Origin: Patescibacteria group bacterium
GTDB lineage: Bacteria > Patescibacteriota > Minisyncoccia > Phycocordibacterales > JBBTRF01
DNA: 64,000 nucleotides
Direction: 5' to 3'
Assembly: GCA_038065315.1 (NCBI GenBank)
Contig: JBBTRF010000001.1
Coordinates: 592,458 to 656,457, forward strand
Below, piece by piece: positions 1 through 8,901 of the stretch (position 1 is the stretch's first letter; each line of letters opens with the position of its first letter). Position numbers and translations under genes: made by a program. Below the pieces are notes generated by a model. That model was not told the origin of the DNA and made no database searches. It saw only the letters and a program-made list of their open reading frames with translations.

Positions 1-150
1 CACCGGCAAGGCATTGACGTTTGTGGAGTAGGCGTATTTTTTGCGGAATGCTCAAAGGCCCCGATCGAATATCGGGGTTTTTGTTTGGCTCCGCGCTTTT
101 GACACCCGCCCCGAATTTTGCTTCAATAGGGTCTAGGAAAGGTCAACTCT

Positions 151-504
151 ATGACAAATCATGCTCCTGTTGGTGTCGGGGAACGGGACGAGGAATTCTT
201 GGCCTGGCAGGTCGAGGATTCTGTAAACGGGATGCTCGGAAACGAGTCCCGCAAAGCAGGTTCGATTCAGGTCTGGCTGGACTTAGTTCAGACAGACTTC
301 GCTGGTGTGGTCAGGGCTCTCAAGGCAGATCTCAAGCACAACAAAGGCCTGGCCGAACTCGAGCTGGATCGGCGAGTGCAGCTGCTCGGCACCGACGAAG
401 AAGCGCAGATCGTGCTCTGGGCGGTGCATGGCCGACTACTGCAGCACATCGAGCCGCGCAATGTGGCGGCCTCGCTGGAGCCTCAGGCAGCACTCGCGGC
501 GTAG
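151..504 (+). CDS. hypothetical protein (117 aa)
   Basis: ATG ORF with AGGAAAGG upstream, GC3-rich codons and a terminator downstream; no recognised motif. Confidence 0.6.
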   Translation: MTNHAPVGVGERDEEFLAWQVEDSVNGMLGNESRKAGSIQVWLDLVQTDFAGVVRALKADLKHNKGLAELELDRRVQLLGTDEEAQIVLWAVHGRLLQHIEPRNVAASLEPQAALAA

Positions 505-532
505 CGTCCTAGGACGCTCTCGCTAGACTCTC

Positions 533-565
533 ACACCCGGCTGAAAGGTCGGGTGTTTGTTTTTT
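533..565 (+). terminator. intrinsic terminator
   Basis: ACACCCGGC-TGAAAG-GTCGGGTGT hairpin followed by a T-rich tract. Confidence 0.75.
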
Positions 566-630
566 GTCGAGTATTACCGCGTATTAGTAAGTAGCTTACA
601 ATTATCAAAGTACCCCGAACGAGTTATCCC

Positions 631-658
631 AAGGGTTCGAACCCCTTCATCTCCGCCA
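631..658 (+). pseudogene. 3' fragment of a tRNA-Ser-like gene (probable att site)
   Basis: AAGGG-TTCGAAC-CCCTT T-arm, acceptor strand CATCTCC, discriminator G and CCA; the matching 5' half (GGAGATG) is absent upstream. Confidence 0.7.
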
Positions 659-727
659 GATGTCCAAGTTTGAACCTGGGTAAAATCAGGTTGTTTTGCC
701 TAAAAACACCCTGTTGAAAACTCACCC

Positions 728-756
728 TTGTGAAAATTTTCACAAATTGTTAATAT
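728..756 (+). promoter_or_regulatory. promoter of the RM operon with palindromic operator
   Basis: TTGTGA-N17-TAATAT; perfect 18-bp palindrome TTGTGAAAATTTTCACAA at 728-745 covers the -35 box. Confidence 0.55.
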
Positions 757-762
757 TATGGT

Positions 763-2934
763 ATGACATCTTTTTTAGAATCAAAAAATGAGTTTGATGA
801 GAAGTATCAAATCAAACTTTTTCTCGAGAAATCACCAATTACTGTTGATGGTAAATATATTGAAAATATTTCTCTTAAGGGGAAAAAGGGATTAGGAAAC
901 GAAGAATACTACAAATGGCAATTTTTCCATGCTCTTATCAATAGTGGTTTATGTGCAAAAGATTTTGTAGGCGCAGAAATATACCTTCCCAAAGGAAATA
1001 AAAGTTCGGCACCAATTAAAATTGACGGTGTCATTTTTGACGAGCCTGATTGGTTAGATTGGTACGGAAAATGGCGCATAGATAAAAATCAGGAAGCCTT
1101 AGACTGGCTCAGGGCGCATATAATTGGAACAATTGAATTCAAAAATGAAAACTCGAGAGATGTAGAAACTGTATACAATCAACAACTAAAATCTGCCATG
1201 AAAGAAACAGAAAATAATTTCTGTTTGGGAATTCTGTATGACACTGAAAGGATGTATCTATTTCAAAAAAGAGATGGAAAGTTTCTCAGATTAGATGAGG
1301 GCTATAACCTTCGCGGGGAGCAAAGTACAACAAAAGATTTATCTCTCCATCTACCAGATGCATATAATAAATTACCATCTTTCGAACAACTTAAGAAAAG
1401 GATTTTAAATATAAAAGTTGATCGGTCAAAGAGAACTATCGATGATCTGGATGTAATTACAGGTATTTATAATGCTCAACTAAAAGATGGTGTATCCAGC
1501 ATCCTTAGGGTGATGGACAAGGTAAGTATGAAGGATCGCCGGGGGTACGAAATACTTATTCAAATCATGGCCCTCAAGATCTTTGATGAAAAGAGAAGCG
1601 CAAAAGTAAATTCATTCCTTGATTTCTACAAAAAAGATGAGGAAAAAGAAAAATTGGATTTGTTATTTTATATAACAGAGAAAGAGAGAAATTTTTCCTC
1701 TTTAAGTGATAAAGAAATACAATCCTTTATAAAAAGGATGCGGGATCTCTATAATGAAGCGTCGCAAGAATACCATTTTATATTAAACAGAGATGATACA
1801 GAGACTATTGCGTGGAAAAAGCCCGATCATATACGCATCATCAGTGAAATTGTTGAGCAATTTCAAGATTATAGTTTTGTTAAATCACACAAGACTGATC
1901 TTTATCAGATTGTTTTCTATAAATTTGCTAACGAGTTCTCTAAAACAGACAAGGGGCAATTCATCACTCCTATCCCTTTAATTGATTTTTTGGTTCGTAT
2001 AGTAAATCCTAGAAGCACGGAAAAAATCATAGATCCTACTTCGGGTATCGCTGATTTTCTTTCCGTTTCTTATGTAAATTCGAATAGCAAATTAGATGAT
2101 AAAAATATATATGGTCTAGATAATGACGATAAAATGATCATGCTGGCTCAGTTGAATATGCTACTTAATGGGGATGGGAATGCCATTTTGAGATATAAAG
2201 CTGACAAGGGGTCTATTACCTGGAAATTTGATGATAGGGATGAGTTAGTAGAACTTAATCCAAAAATACACAAGGACGGAAAGTGGGATCATTGGGACGA
2301 TGAAACAAAATTAAAAAAATTTGATGTCGTTTTGACTAACCCTCCTTTTGGTGAAGATAGGAAGTATGAGCCTTCAACACAAAAAGATAAGGAAATTATT
2401 GAGATGTACGAGTTGTGGAATAAGGCTCGTAGTAGTAACTGGATTGATCTTGGTTTAGTATTTCTTGAAAATGCCTACCGTATTCTTAAGGATAACGGAC
2501 GCATGGGCATTGTACTTTCAAATTCTCTTGCTTCTATTGATCGATGGGAAGATGCTAGGAAGTGGTTATTTGAGAAAATGAGAATAGTTGCTTTATTTGA
2601 TCTTCCCGCGAATGTTTTTGCTGATACTGGTGTAAATGTAACCATTGTCGTTGCATATAAACCTCCCGAGGAAGAACTTAAAGAACTTCAAAAAGGAAAT
2701 TACAATATTTTTGTAAAAGATATTAAAAAAGTCGGATATGAAATTAGGACTCTAAAACGAGTAAAGTTTTTTCATCAAATCTACAAAATCAACGAGGAAA
2801 CATTCGATATTGAGCAAGACAAAGAAGGGCGTCCTCTACTAGATGAAGAATTTACTGATACAGTCACTGAATTTAAAAAATGGTGTCTTAGTCAAGAGAA
2901 GACGCTTCAAGATCTCTTCGTAAAAGACCGATGA
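763..2934 (+). CDS. N6-adenine DNA methyltransferase with N-terminal nuclease-like domain (type IIB/BcgI-like or HsdM-like RM subunit)
   Basis: GQFITP, DPTSG (motif I-like) and NPPFG (motif IV); N-terminal IDGVIF...IEFK resembles PD-(D/E)xK. Confidence 0.85.
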   Translation: MTSFLESKNEFDEKYQIKLFLEKSPITVDGKYIENISLKGKKGLGNEEYYKWQFFHALINSGLCAKDFVGAEIYLPKGNKSSAPIKIDGVIFDEPDWLDWYGKWRIDKNQEALDWLRAHIIGTIEFKNENSRDVETVYNQQLKSAMKETENNFCLGILYDTERMYLFQKRDGKFLRLDEGYNLRGEQSTTKDLSLHLPDAYNKLPSFEQLKKRILNIKVDRSKRTIDDLDVITGIYNAQLKDGVSSILRVMDKVSMKDRRGYEILIQIMALKIFDEKRSAKVNSFLDFYKKDEEKEKLDLLFYITEKERNFSSLSDKEIQSFIKRMRDLYNEASQEYHFILNRDDTETIAWKKPDHIRIISEIVEQFQDYSFVKSHKTDLYQIVFYKFANEFSKTDKGQFITPIPLIDFLVRIVNPRSTEKIIDPTSGIADFLSVSYVNSNSKLDDKNIYGLDNDDKMIMLAQLNMLLNGDGNAILRYKADKGSITWKFDDRDELVELNPKIHKDGKWDHWDDETKLKKFDVVLTNPPFGEDRKYEPSTQKDKEIIEMYELWNKARSSNWIDLGLVFLENAYRILKDNGRMGIVLSNSLASIDRWEDARKWLFEKMRIVALFDLPANVFADTGVNVTIVVAYKPPEEELKELQKGNYNIFVKDIKKVGYEIRTLKRVKFFHQIYKINEETFDIEQDKEGRPLLDEEFTDTVTEFKKWCLSQEKTLQDLFVKDR

Positions 2935-4421
2935 TGAAATACGTAAAAGTTCCACAATCAATAACTGCTAGTGAGTTGATGGGGAATCATTATTATTATG
3001 CTCCGTCTAAATATTCAGCTTTTTACCCTAAAGATAAGTCTCGATTCGAAATTCTTGCAAAGTTAGTAGACGTAAAGAATGAAAGAGAAGTTGTAAGTAG
3101 TGATTTAAAGTACAGATATGTTGAAATTGGAGATGTCGATACAAATACAGGGAGTATTGATTACAAGGAAGTTTTTGGTATTTTTGTTCCAAACAAAAGG
3201 CCACTAAAAATCTCAAAAGGTGATATTTTGGTCTCCACAGTTAGGACTTACAGGAAAGGTATCGGATACGTAAATTCCTCAGCAAGTAATATAGTCTCAA
3301 CGTCTGCTTTTTTGGTTTTTCATCAGCTTAAAAAAGGTTTAACTCCAGAATACTTGTTAGCTGTTTTAAGAAGCGATTTTTTTGTAGAGCAAATCTTGTC
3401 TTTTCAAAATAGAGGCATGTACCCACGTTTAGATGGAGAAACGATCGATTCTGTATATATTCCATTACCAACAAAAAACCAACTAGATTATTTAACTGTC
3501 TTGCAACGAGCTTTGATTAATAAGCAAGAGGAGCTTAAGAGGAAACACGCTTCGATCTTAGAAATAATTGAGAAGGAGCTTTTAGGCAATCAAGAAAAAG
3601 AAAAATTTGTTTATACACAACCTGATATTAAGGAACTAGAAAAATCAATCAGATTTGATGCTGGTTACTATTGCGAATCTTATAAGCACAAACAGTTTTT
3701 ACTAAAGAATTATATTTATTCTGCAAAACCAATTGAGGGTAAGGAGGGGTGGGGATACGAAATTAAACGAGGACAGAATTTACAAGAAAGTGCTATAGGA
3801 AAGATACTAGAATCAGATACCGCTAAAACAGGATTCTATAAAGTTATCAGACCGACAAATTTTTCTGATTTCGGTACAATTTCTTATTATAGTTACTTAG
3901 GTAATTCTAATCAGCTTTCCGTTCTTGAGCCAGGAGATATCGTTTTTTCAGGCGAAGGCACAGTCGGTAAATGTGTATTATTTGTAAATCCAAGTGATAA
4001 GGCTATAACAAATATTCACGGAATAGTCCTTAACAAAAAAGATCACAACGTAGAGGAAAGTTCATATGTTGCTTGTTTTCTTCGATTCCTCAAGCAGTGG
4101 GGATTTTTTGAATATATTTCTGTGGGTGGACAAGGAGGTAGTCTTGCTATGCGATATTGGAAAGATGTACAGATTCCTATTTTCCCACCAACAAAACGAA
4201 AGGAAATTGCAAAGTTATATTGCAATAATGTTGACTATGAAAGTGTAGCCGTTGATGAGATCACATCATTTTTAGAACTTGATGATAAGTGGAATCAAAA
4301 GGCAGGAGTAATTCAAATAGATGAAATGTCTAAGAAAATACAAGCAGAAATAGATCAGGTTATAAATCAGATCGTTTTAGGAGCTGAGATTAACCCCAGT
4401 TTTAAATTTTTATTGGATTAA
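2931..4421 (+). CDS. RM specificity subunit (HsdS-like, two target recognition domains)
   Basis: Two GDI(L/V)..S segments each followed by IP(L/I)P-type linkers; overlaps the MTase stop (ATGA). Confidence 0.8.
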   Translation: MMKYVKVPQSITASELMGNHYYYAPSKYSAFYPKDKSRFEILAKLVDVKNEREVVSSDLKYRYVEIGDVDTNTGSIDYKEVFGIFVPNKRPLKISKGDILVSTVRTYRKGIGYVNSSASNIVSTSAFLVFHQLKKGLTPEYLLAVLRSDFFVEQILSFQNRGMYPRLDGETIDSVYIPLPTKNQLDYLTVLQRALINKQEELKRKHASILEIIEKELLGNQEKEKFVYTQPDIKELEKSIRFDAGYYCESYKHKQFLLKNYIYSAKPIEGKEGWGYEIKRGQNLQESAIGKILESDTAKTGFYKVIRPTNFSDFGTISYYSYLGNSNQLSVLEPGDIVFSGEGTVGKCVLFVNPSDKAITNIHGIVLNKKDHNVEESSYVACFLRFLKQWGFFEYISVGGQGGSLAMRYWKDVQIPIFPPTKRKEIAKLYCNNVDYESVAVDEITSFLELDDKWNQKAGVIQIDEMSKKIQAEIDQVINQIVLGAEINPSFKFLLD

Positions 4422-4602
4422 GTAACTCACTGCGTTTTGTCTCTTATCTGACTTAGGTTTTGGCACCTCAAACCATTGTGGGTGTTGCTTGAACATAGCT
4501 CGTAATTCGCACATGCTCTTATCAAGATCCTTGAATCTGAGCCACGCTTTCGGTTCAAACTTCGGGACATCATCCCCGCCTGTAGTTTTGAAAATAGAGA
4601 GA

Positions 4603-6525
4603 CTAAATCCCTTTGTTGGAGGGTCTCGATTCTTTCATTAATCCCCCTTGTAATTTTTTCGTGAATCTCACAAAAGATCTTTCGATGCTGTAGCTTCTCA
4701 GCATGAGATCAAGTTCTTTTTCTGGTCTACACAACATCTCGCGCACCTCATTTTTAAAAATCTTAGAATCTTTTTCCATACGGCGAAGCACCATCGCTGC
4801 TTTTTCAGTGAGAGTACGCATCCTGCGCGTCACTTCGGCGTTGCTTCTTCCTGATGCAAGATTTCGGAAGTTTCGGTCATTGTCGTCTTGTTTATCCCGG
4901 ATATCATCTCCAAGTTGGCGCGCGGTCAGATAGTACTTAAAAAATTTCAAAACTGTCTTGTTAACTTTAGGTCGATTTTCGCCTGCCCCAGAGATTATCA
5001 TTGGACCAATGGAGTGAGCAATTGACTTTTCTTGTAAATTATCAGCTTTTTTGCTAATCATCTCTCTTGCAATGGCTGATTCCATGAGCTGTAAGGTGGT
5101 TTTTATAGACTCATCAATGCCTTTTGAATTGTTTAGAAAAGTTGCGAAAGCTTCGTAAATGCAAAGGTTAGCAATAGGTAATCGCCTAACCGATTTCATA
5201 TCGGCCTTATCTAGGCAATCATCATAGATTCGGTAAGCAGCCCAACCAAGAATGTTCGCATAGGACAGATCAACAGCTTTTTTGTTAGTTACATTATTGC
5301 TCCACCAAAACGGTAAAAGCCAGATCTCTCTTTGATTTTTCCCGTTTAGTATTCTTCCGCAAATATTACTAATTTGTTCGCGTACCTGCGGTATCTGTTT
5401 TTCTATAAAACGCGCGATCTCCTTCTTGACCAGGCGCAAGTGGAAGCTCTCGATAGACCCTTGATATTTACGATTTCGTAAATTCAAAAAGCTACTCAAG
5501 GCCTCCATTTCAATTATGCATGTCACGGCACTAGATTGATTACAGTAGGGAATACCGTTGCGTTTTGGGTCATTACAAAACGCTTGCGGTTCAGGGTTCT
5601 TGAGGGGCAAAGACCTTGTTATTTTTTGAAAGTATAGTCTAAGCCAACTTTCCCAGTCATCTAACGGTACTCCAACCGCTCCTTTTTTGGTGAGATTGTT
5701 TACGCAGTTTAATAGGGCGCAGACAAGAAGACTGCAGTCTAGACCATGTTGAACATTTTTTAACCTCTCCAGTATTTGATTCCCAAACTTGATTAAAAAT
5801 TCTCCACTATAGTGCCGCGACATGAAGTACACTGTCGTCGCCTCGCTAGGGTAGTATTTTGAACTGAAATTGTTATTTTGGATTTTTTCTTCAAAAATCT
5901 TCTCTAAGGATTTTATCTTCAGATCATGTTGGTTAAGTAAATTCGCAATGTTCGACTGTACGGCGATATCGACATCTCTCCATGCAGAGGATCTCCTCGA
6001 TTCTTCCATGACCCATGTTCTATAAGGTCCATTTTGGCCAATCTTTTGTTCATTGAGTGTATTTACGAAATGAGCCAATCCCTCTCCCTCTTTTTTCGTC
6101 ATTCCTTCTGCTCTAAAATAGCCTACTAATCCAAACAGTGCACAGCTCGTGTCGTCCAGGTCATCTGGGTAGGGGAGCTGAGTGTGTTCGAGAGAATCTT
6201 TTCGCCAGTAGTTCCAAGTCCATCTAGGGCTTTTTTCAGAAAGAAGTATCTCCGCAGCCTCATTCCGGACTCTCCGCAGTACCTTCGTGTAAGGCTCTGT
6301 TGGTCTGATGTTGTCTAGTATTTTATTAATTACACCTAATATTATTGAAACGGAAAACGTTGTACGGTAAACATGATCTACTTGGTGGGGGGTCTTTTTT
6401 CTGGGCACAGAGACGCTATCAAAAATATGCGAGCCGCTTTTTCTAAGAAATCCCGCCCGATCCTTCAAAATAGCTGAAACTCTACAGCATAACTCTATCT
6501 CGCTACGTTTTCTCGTTCGATTCAT
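4603..6525 (-). CDS. fused class II terpene cyclase / class I isoprenyl-transferase-like protein
   Basis: N-half PDDLDDTS (DxDD), YRTW, DVDIAVQSN and SKYYPS; C-half YDDCLD and QLGDDIRD aspartate-rich motifs. Confidence 0.7.
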   Translation of the reverse strand: MNRTRKRSEIELCCRVSAILKDRAGFLRKSGSHIFDSVSVPRKKTPHQVDHVYRTTFSVSIILGVINKILDNIRPTEPYTKVLRRVRNEAAEILLSEKSPRWTWNYWRKDSLEHTQLPYPDDLDDTSCALFGLVGYFRAEGMTKKEGEGLAHFVNTLNEQKIGQNGPYRTWVMEESRRSSAWRDVDIAVQSNIANLLNQHDLKIKSLEKIFEEKIQNNNFSSKYYPSEATTVYFMSRHYSGEFLIKFGNQILERLKNVQHGLDCSLLVCALLNCVNNLTKKGAVGVPLDDWESWLRLYFQKITRSLPLKNPEPQAFCNDPKRNGIPYCNQSSAVTCIIEMEALSSFLNLRNRKYQGSIESFHLRLVKKEIARFIEKQIPQVREQISNICGRILNGKNQREIWLLPFWWSNNVTNKKAVDLSYANILGWAAYRIYDDCLDKADMKSVRRLPIANLCIYEAFATFLNNSKGIDESIKTTLQLMESAIAREMISKKADNLQEKSIAHSIGPMIISGAGENRPKVNKTVLKFFKYYLTARQLGDDIRDKQDDNDRNFRNLASGRSNAEVTRRMRTLTEKAAMVLRRMEKDSKIFKNEVREMLCRPEKELDLMLRSYSIERSFVRFTKKLQGGLMKESRPSNKGI

Positions 6526-6543
6526 GTTCCAAAATAGTTATGC

Positions 6544-6580
6544 CAAAATGGGTTGCGGAAAATGTCAGCAACCCATTTTG
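6544..6580 (-). other. intergenic stem-loop between peptide gene and cyclase-prenyltransferase
   Basis: 13-bp perfect stem CAAAATGGGTTGC / GCAACCCATTTTG. Confidence 0.8.
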
Positions 6581-6581
6581 A

Positions 6582-6680
6582 CTAATTATCCCAAGGGGTC
6601 ATCATTTTCGAGTTTGGTCCTGATGCCAGGGCCAAGCTCACTTTCGGTGATCTGAGAGCTTTCTCTAGGAGCTTTTTCAT
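6582..6680 (-). CDS. putative precursor peptide MKKLLEKALRSPKVSLALASGPNSKMMTPWDN (32 aa)
   Basis: Translated by hand; lies between a sigma70-like promoter and the stem-loop; single Trp third from the C-terminus. Confidence 0.55.
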   Translation of the reverse strand: MKKLLEKALRSPKVSLALASGPNSKMMTPWDN

Positions 6681-6736
6681 GTAAGAGTTCACGAATTTTC
6701 ATTAAAAAGAGGTTCGACCTTATTTCCTCTACCATA

Positions 6737-6764
6737 ATTATAGGGTTTCTAGTCTATTTTTCAA
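6737..6764 (-). promoter_or_regulatory. sigma70-like promoter for the peptide/maturase pair
   Basis: TTGAAA-N16-TATAAT on the minus strand. Confidence 0.65.
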
Positions 6765-6812
6765 AGGCTTGTGAGACTACCCACTGTTATCGGACTGCGC
6801 TATACTTACCCC

Positions 6813-7118
6813 ATGTCCACCCTCATCCACGCAGACATCTTTTTCTTCATTACCACCATTGCTGTCGTATTTTTCACGATCGGCTTCATCATCTTCACGG
6901 TATATTTCGTCCGGATTCTCGCCGACCTCAAACACATCTCGCAGACCATGCGTGCAGAAGGCGACAGGATCATCGAAGATGTGGGAACGCTCCGCGAAAA
7001 GGCGAAAGAGGAGGGGACGAAGATCAAAACCGTGCTAGACCTCTTTCTCGAATTGTTCACTCGCCGGCAAAAGCTACGGGGCGGCACTCGAAAGTCTGGA
7101 CACAGCAAGGTGGAATAA
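6813..7118 (+). CDS. single-TM membrane protein
   Basis: Hydrophobic N-terminal helix then charged helical tail; TATACT 6 nt before the ATG. Confidence 0.75.
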   Translation: MSTLIHADIFFFITTIAVVFFTIGFIIFTVYFVRILADLKHISQTMRAEGDRIIEDVGTLREKAKEEGTKIKTVLDLFLELFTRRQKLRGGTRKSGHSKVE

Positions 7119-7210
7119 TGCAGCACACTTCTTGTAATAATTCTCGCAACAATCCGGCAGTACTTTTGGCACAGTCTCTCGATTATTCATATATCCATAA
7201 CCACAATCAA

Positions 7211-7567
7211 GTGAAAAAAACATCACACGCCGGCAAGCAGAATAAGCAGAGCAAGAAGAGCGGTGTTTCAAAGACCGGTATGGCCGTCGGTGCAGCGACA
7301 CTCATTGCCGCCGCTGCTGGGGCATATTTCCTCTACGGTACCGAGAAAGGTGCCAAGACCCGCAAGCAGATCAAGAGTTGGTCTTTAAAGGCAAAGGGGG
7401 AAGTCCTCGAGCAGCTCGAAGGACTCACTGAGGTGAGCGAGGAGGCATACGCAGGGATTGTGAAAAAGGTGGCGGCCGGGTATCAGAAAGCCAAGAAGCT
7501 CGACCCTTCAGATGTCGCCGACTTCGTCTCCGAAATGACCGGGTATTGGAAGCATTTGGGGAAGTAG
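7211..7567 (+). CDS. YtxH-like membrane-anchored protein
   Basis: AAAAGAYFLYG TM segment followed by G.KTRK.I; GTG start chosen, uncertain. Confidence 0.65.
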   Translation: MKKTSHAGKQNKQSKKSGVSKTGMAVGAATLIAAAAGAYFLYGTEKGAKTRKQIKSWSLKAKGEVLEQLEGLTEVSEEAYAGIVKKVAAGYQKAKKLDPSDVADFVSEMTGYWKHLGK

Positions 7568-7592
7568 GCTGGAAACGGCCAGAAAAGTGCAA

Positions 7593-7625
7593 AGGAAAAA
7601 CCGCTCGTTAAGAGCGGTTTTTCCT
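7593..7625. terminator. bidirectional intrinsic terminator
   Basis: AGGAAAAACCGCTC-GTTAA-GAGCGGTTTTTCCT. Confidence 0.8.
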
Positions 7626-7717
7626 CACCAGTATCAGCGCGTCCACCACCTCTCCGGAGGGTAAAAAATTATTGAATCATCAAGTGAAACAATACCGGAG
7701 ATAGAAAGTACGCTGCT
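7593..7717 (-). ncRNA. candidate small RNA divergent from rpsT
   Basis: TTGACA-N18-TATCAT promoter (7752-7723), nested stems, terminator, no ORF. Confidence 0.35.
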
Positions 7718-7817
7718 CCTGAATGATATATGATTCCGACAAGGCTTGTCAAAGAAAACGCCCGTCTTTGGCCGCTAAAAGTTGACACTCTCCCTCCTGT
7801 CGTGTAGTATCTCTCGC

Positions 7818-8090
7818 ATGGCAATCACATCATCAGCAAAGAAAGCGCTCCGCGCATCGGAGAAAAAGGCGGTGTTCAACACCCGCCGCGACGAGGCAAT
7901 GAAGGCCGCTATCAAGCAGGTCAAGAAGCTCGTGGCCGACAAGAAGGTAAAAGAGGCGCAGACCGCTCTCTCTTCTGCATACCAGGCGATCGACAAGGCC
8001 GTGAAGACCAACTTCCTCAAGGCCAATGCCGGTGCTCGCAAGAAGTCTCGATTGTCAGCAATGATTGTCCGAGCGAAGGCGGCGAAGTAA
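7818..8090 (+). CDS. rpsT: 30S ribosomal protein S20
   Basis: MAITSSAKKALR...AYQAIDKAVK...NAGARKKSRL. Confidence 0.97.
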   Translation: MAITSSAKKALRASEKKAVFNTRRDEAMKAAIKQVKKLVADKKVKEAQTALSSAYQAIDKAVKTNFLKANAGARKKSRLSAMIVRAKAAK

Positions 8091-8104
8091 GCGTTCCTAG
8101 CGGA

Positions 8105-8144
8105 GACCAGACTAAAAGCCCCGAAAGGGGCTTTTAGTCTGGTC
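8105..8144. terminator. strong hairpin terminator after rpsT
   Basis: 18-bp stem GACCAGACTAAAAGCCCC with GAAA loop. Confidence 0.8.
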
Positions 8145-8241
8145 AGTAAAAACGTGTACCGAAGGATGGGCAATTGATGGAGTGTAAAAGCTGAGATTCA
8201 TACGTTTGACAAAAGAGCCACTTTGGCTATAATAGCTCATT

Positions 8242-8502
8242 ATGATCACATCATTTTTCACCGCAAAGGATGCGAAGAACAACTTCGGACGGCTTTTAGA
8301 GGAAGCACGGCAGTCTCCTGTGGCCGTTCTTAAAAACGGTCGACAGGTGGCTGTGGTCATGTCAACCGAGGAATACCGCGAATTTGAGACTCGAAGAGAC
8401 ATCTATTGGGGCGAGCTTTCTGTGCGTGCACACAAGAAGGGGTATATTGGAACGGCTAAGAGCGCCAAGCTTTTAAAAGAGGCTCTCCATGCTCGAGATT
8501 GA
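8242..8502 (+). CDS. Phd/YefM family antitoxin
   Basis: TAKDAKNNFGRLLE...PVAVLKNGRQVAVVMS; overlaps the toxin gene. Confidence 0.9.
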   Translation: MITSFFTAKDAKNNFGRLLEEARQSPVAVLKNGRQVAVVMSTEEYREFETRRDIYWGELSVRAHKKGYIGTAKSAKLLKEALHARD

Positions 8503-8764
8503 TCTCTCAAAAGTTTCTGAAAAGTTTCTAAAAAAACTGCCGCCCAAGCAGCGTCGCCAAGTGGCTGAGAAAGTGTATACTCTTGCCGAAAATCCGCAGG
8601 CATCGGATACGAGCCTTTTGCGCGGATATGAAGAATATTATCGTGCAGATATTGGCGAGTACAGAATCATTTATCGCTGGTCTAAAGAATGTTTGCATGT
8701 GACGTTAATAGGGAAGAGAAATGACGGTGACGTGTATAGAAAGTTAAAACGAATGAGAGGTTAG
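8489..8764 (+). CDS. RelE/ParE family toxin
   Basis: KFLKKL...LRGYEEYYRADIGEYRIIY...IGKRNDGDVY. Confidence 0.9.
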   Translation: MLEIDLSKVSEKFLKKLPPKQRRQVAEKVYTLAENPQASDTSLLRGYEEYYRADIGEYRIIYRWSKECLHVTLIGKRNDGDVYRKLKRMRG

Positions 8765-8901
8765 ATATCATTTTCCCAAACGAGAAGATTCGGTGGAGAT
8801 TGCTGGTGATGTTCAACCTATCGATTTTTCCGCAAAGTATGCTAGAGTAATCCGGTCGGAGTCGGTAGCCGCGTGCACAGCCGGTGGCGTGGCAAAAACA
8901 T

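Larger units (their letters stand above)
659..4571. mobile_element. repeat-bounded restriction-modification cassette with no recombinase gene
   Basis: Imperfect inverted repeats at 659-676 and 4552-4571; flanking direct repeat ATCTCCGCCA (649-658) / ATCCCCGCCT (4572-4581); AT-rich cargo. Confidence 0.6.

Noticed and set aside
4414-4571. Open minus-strand stretch (DVPKFEPKAWLRFKD...) inside the right end of the RM cassette
   Set aside because: No clear start or motif; it may be a gene remnant but cannot be assigned.
656-4574. Tn7-like element (TGT...ACA ends)
   Set aside because: The 5-bp flanks CCAGA and TCATC do not match, and no tns genes or repeated TnsB sites were seen.
6586-6702. Alternative 38-aa ORF (MKIRELLHEK...DDPLG) overlapping the peptide gene
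   Set aside because: No Trp or other recognisable feature; the 32-aa frame fits the neighbouring enzyme better, though this frame cannot be formally excluded.
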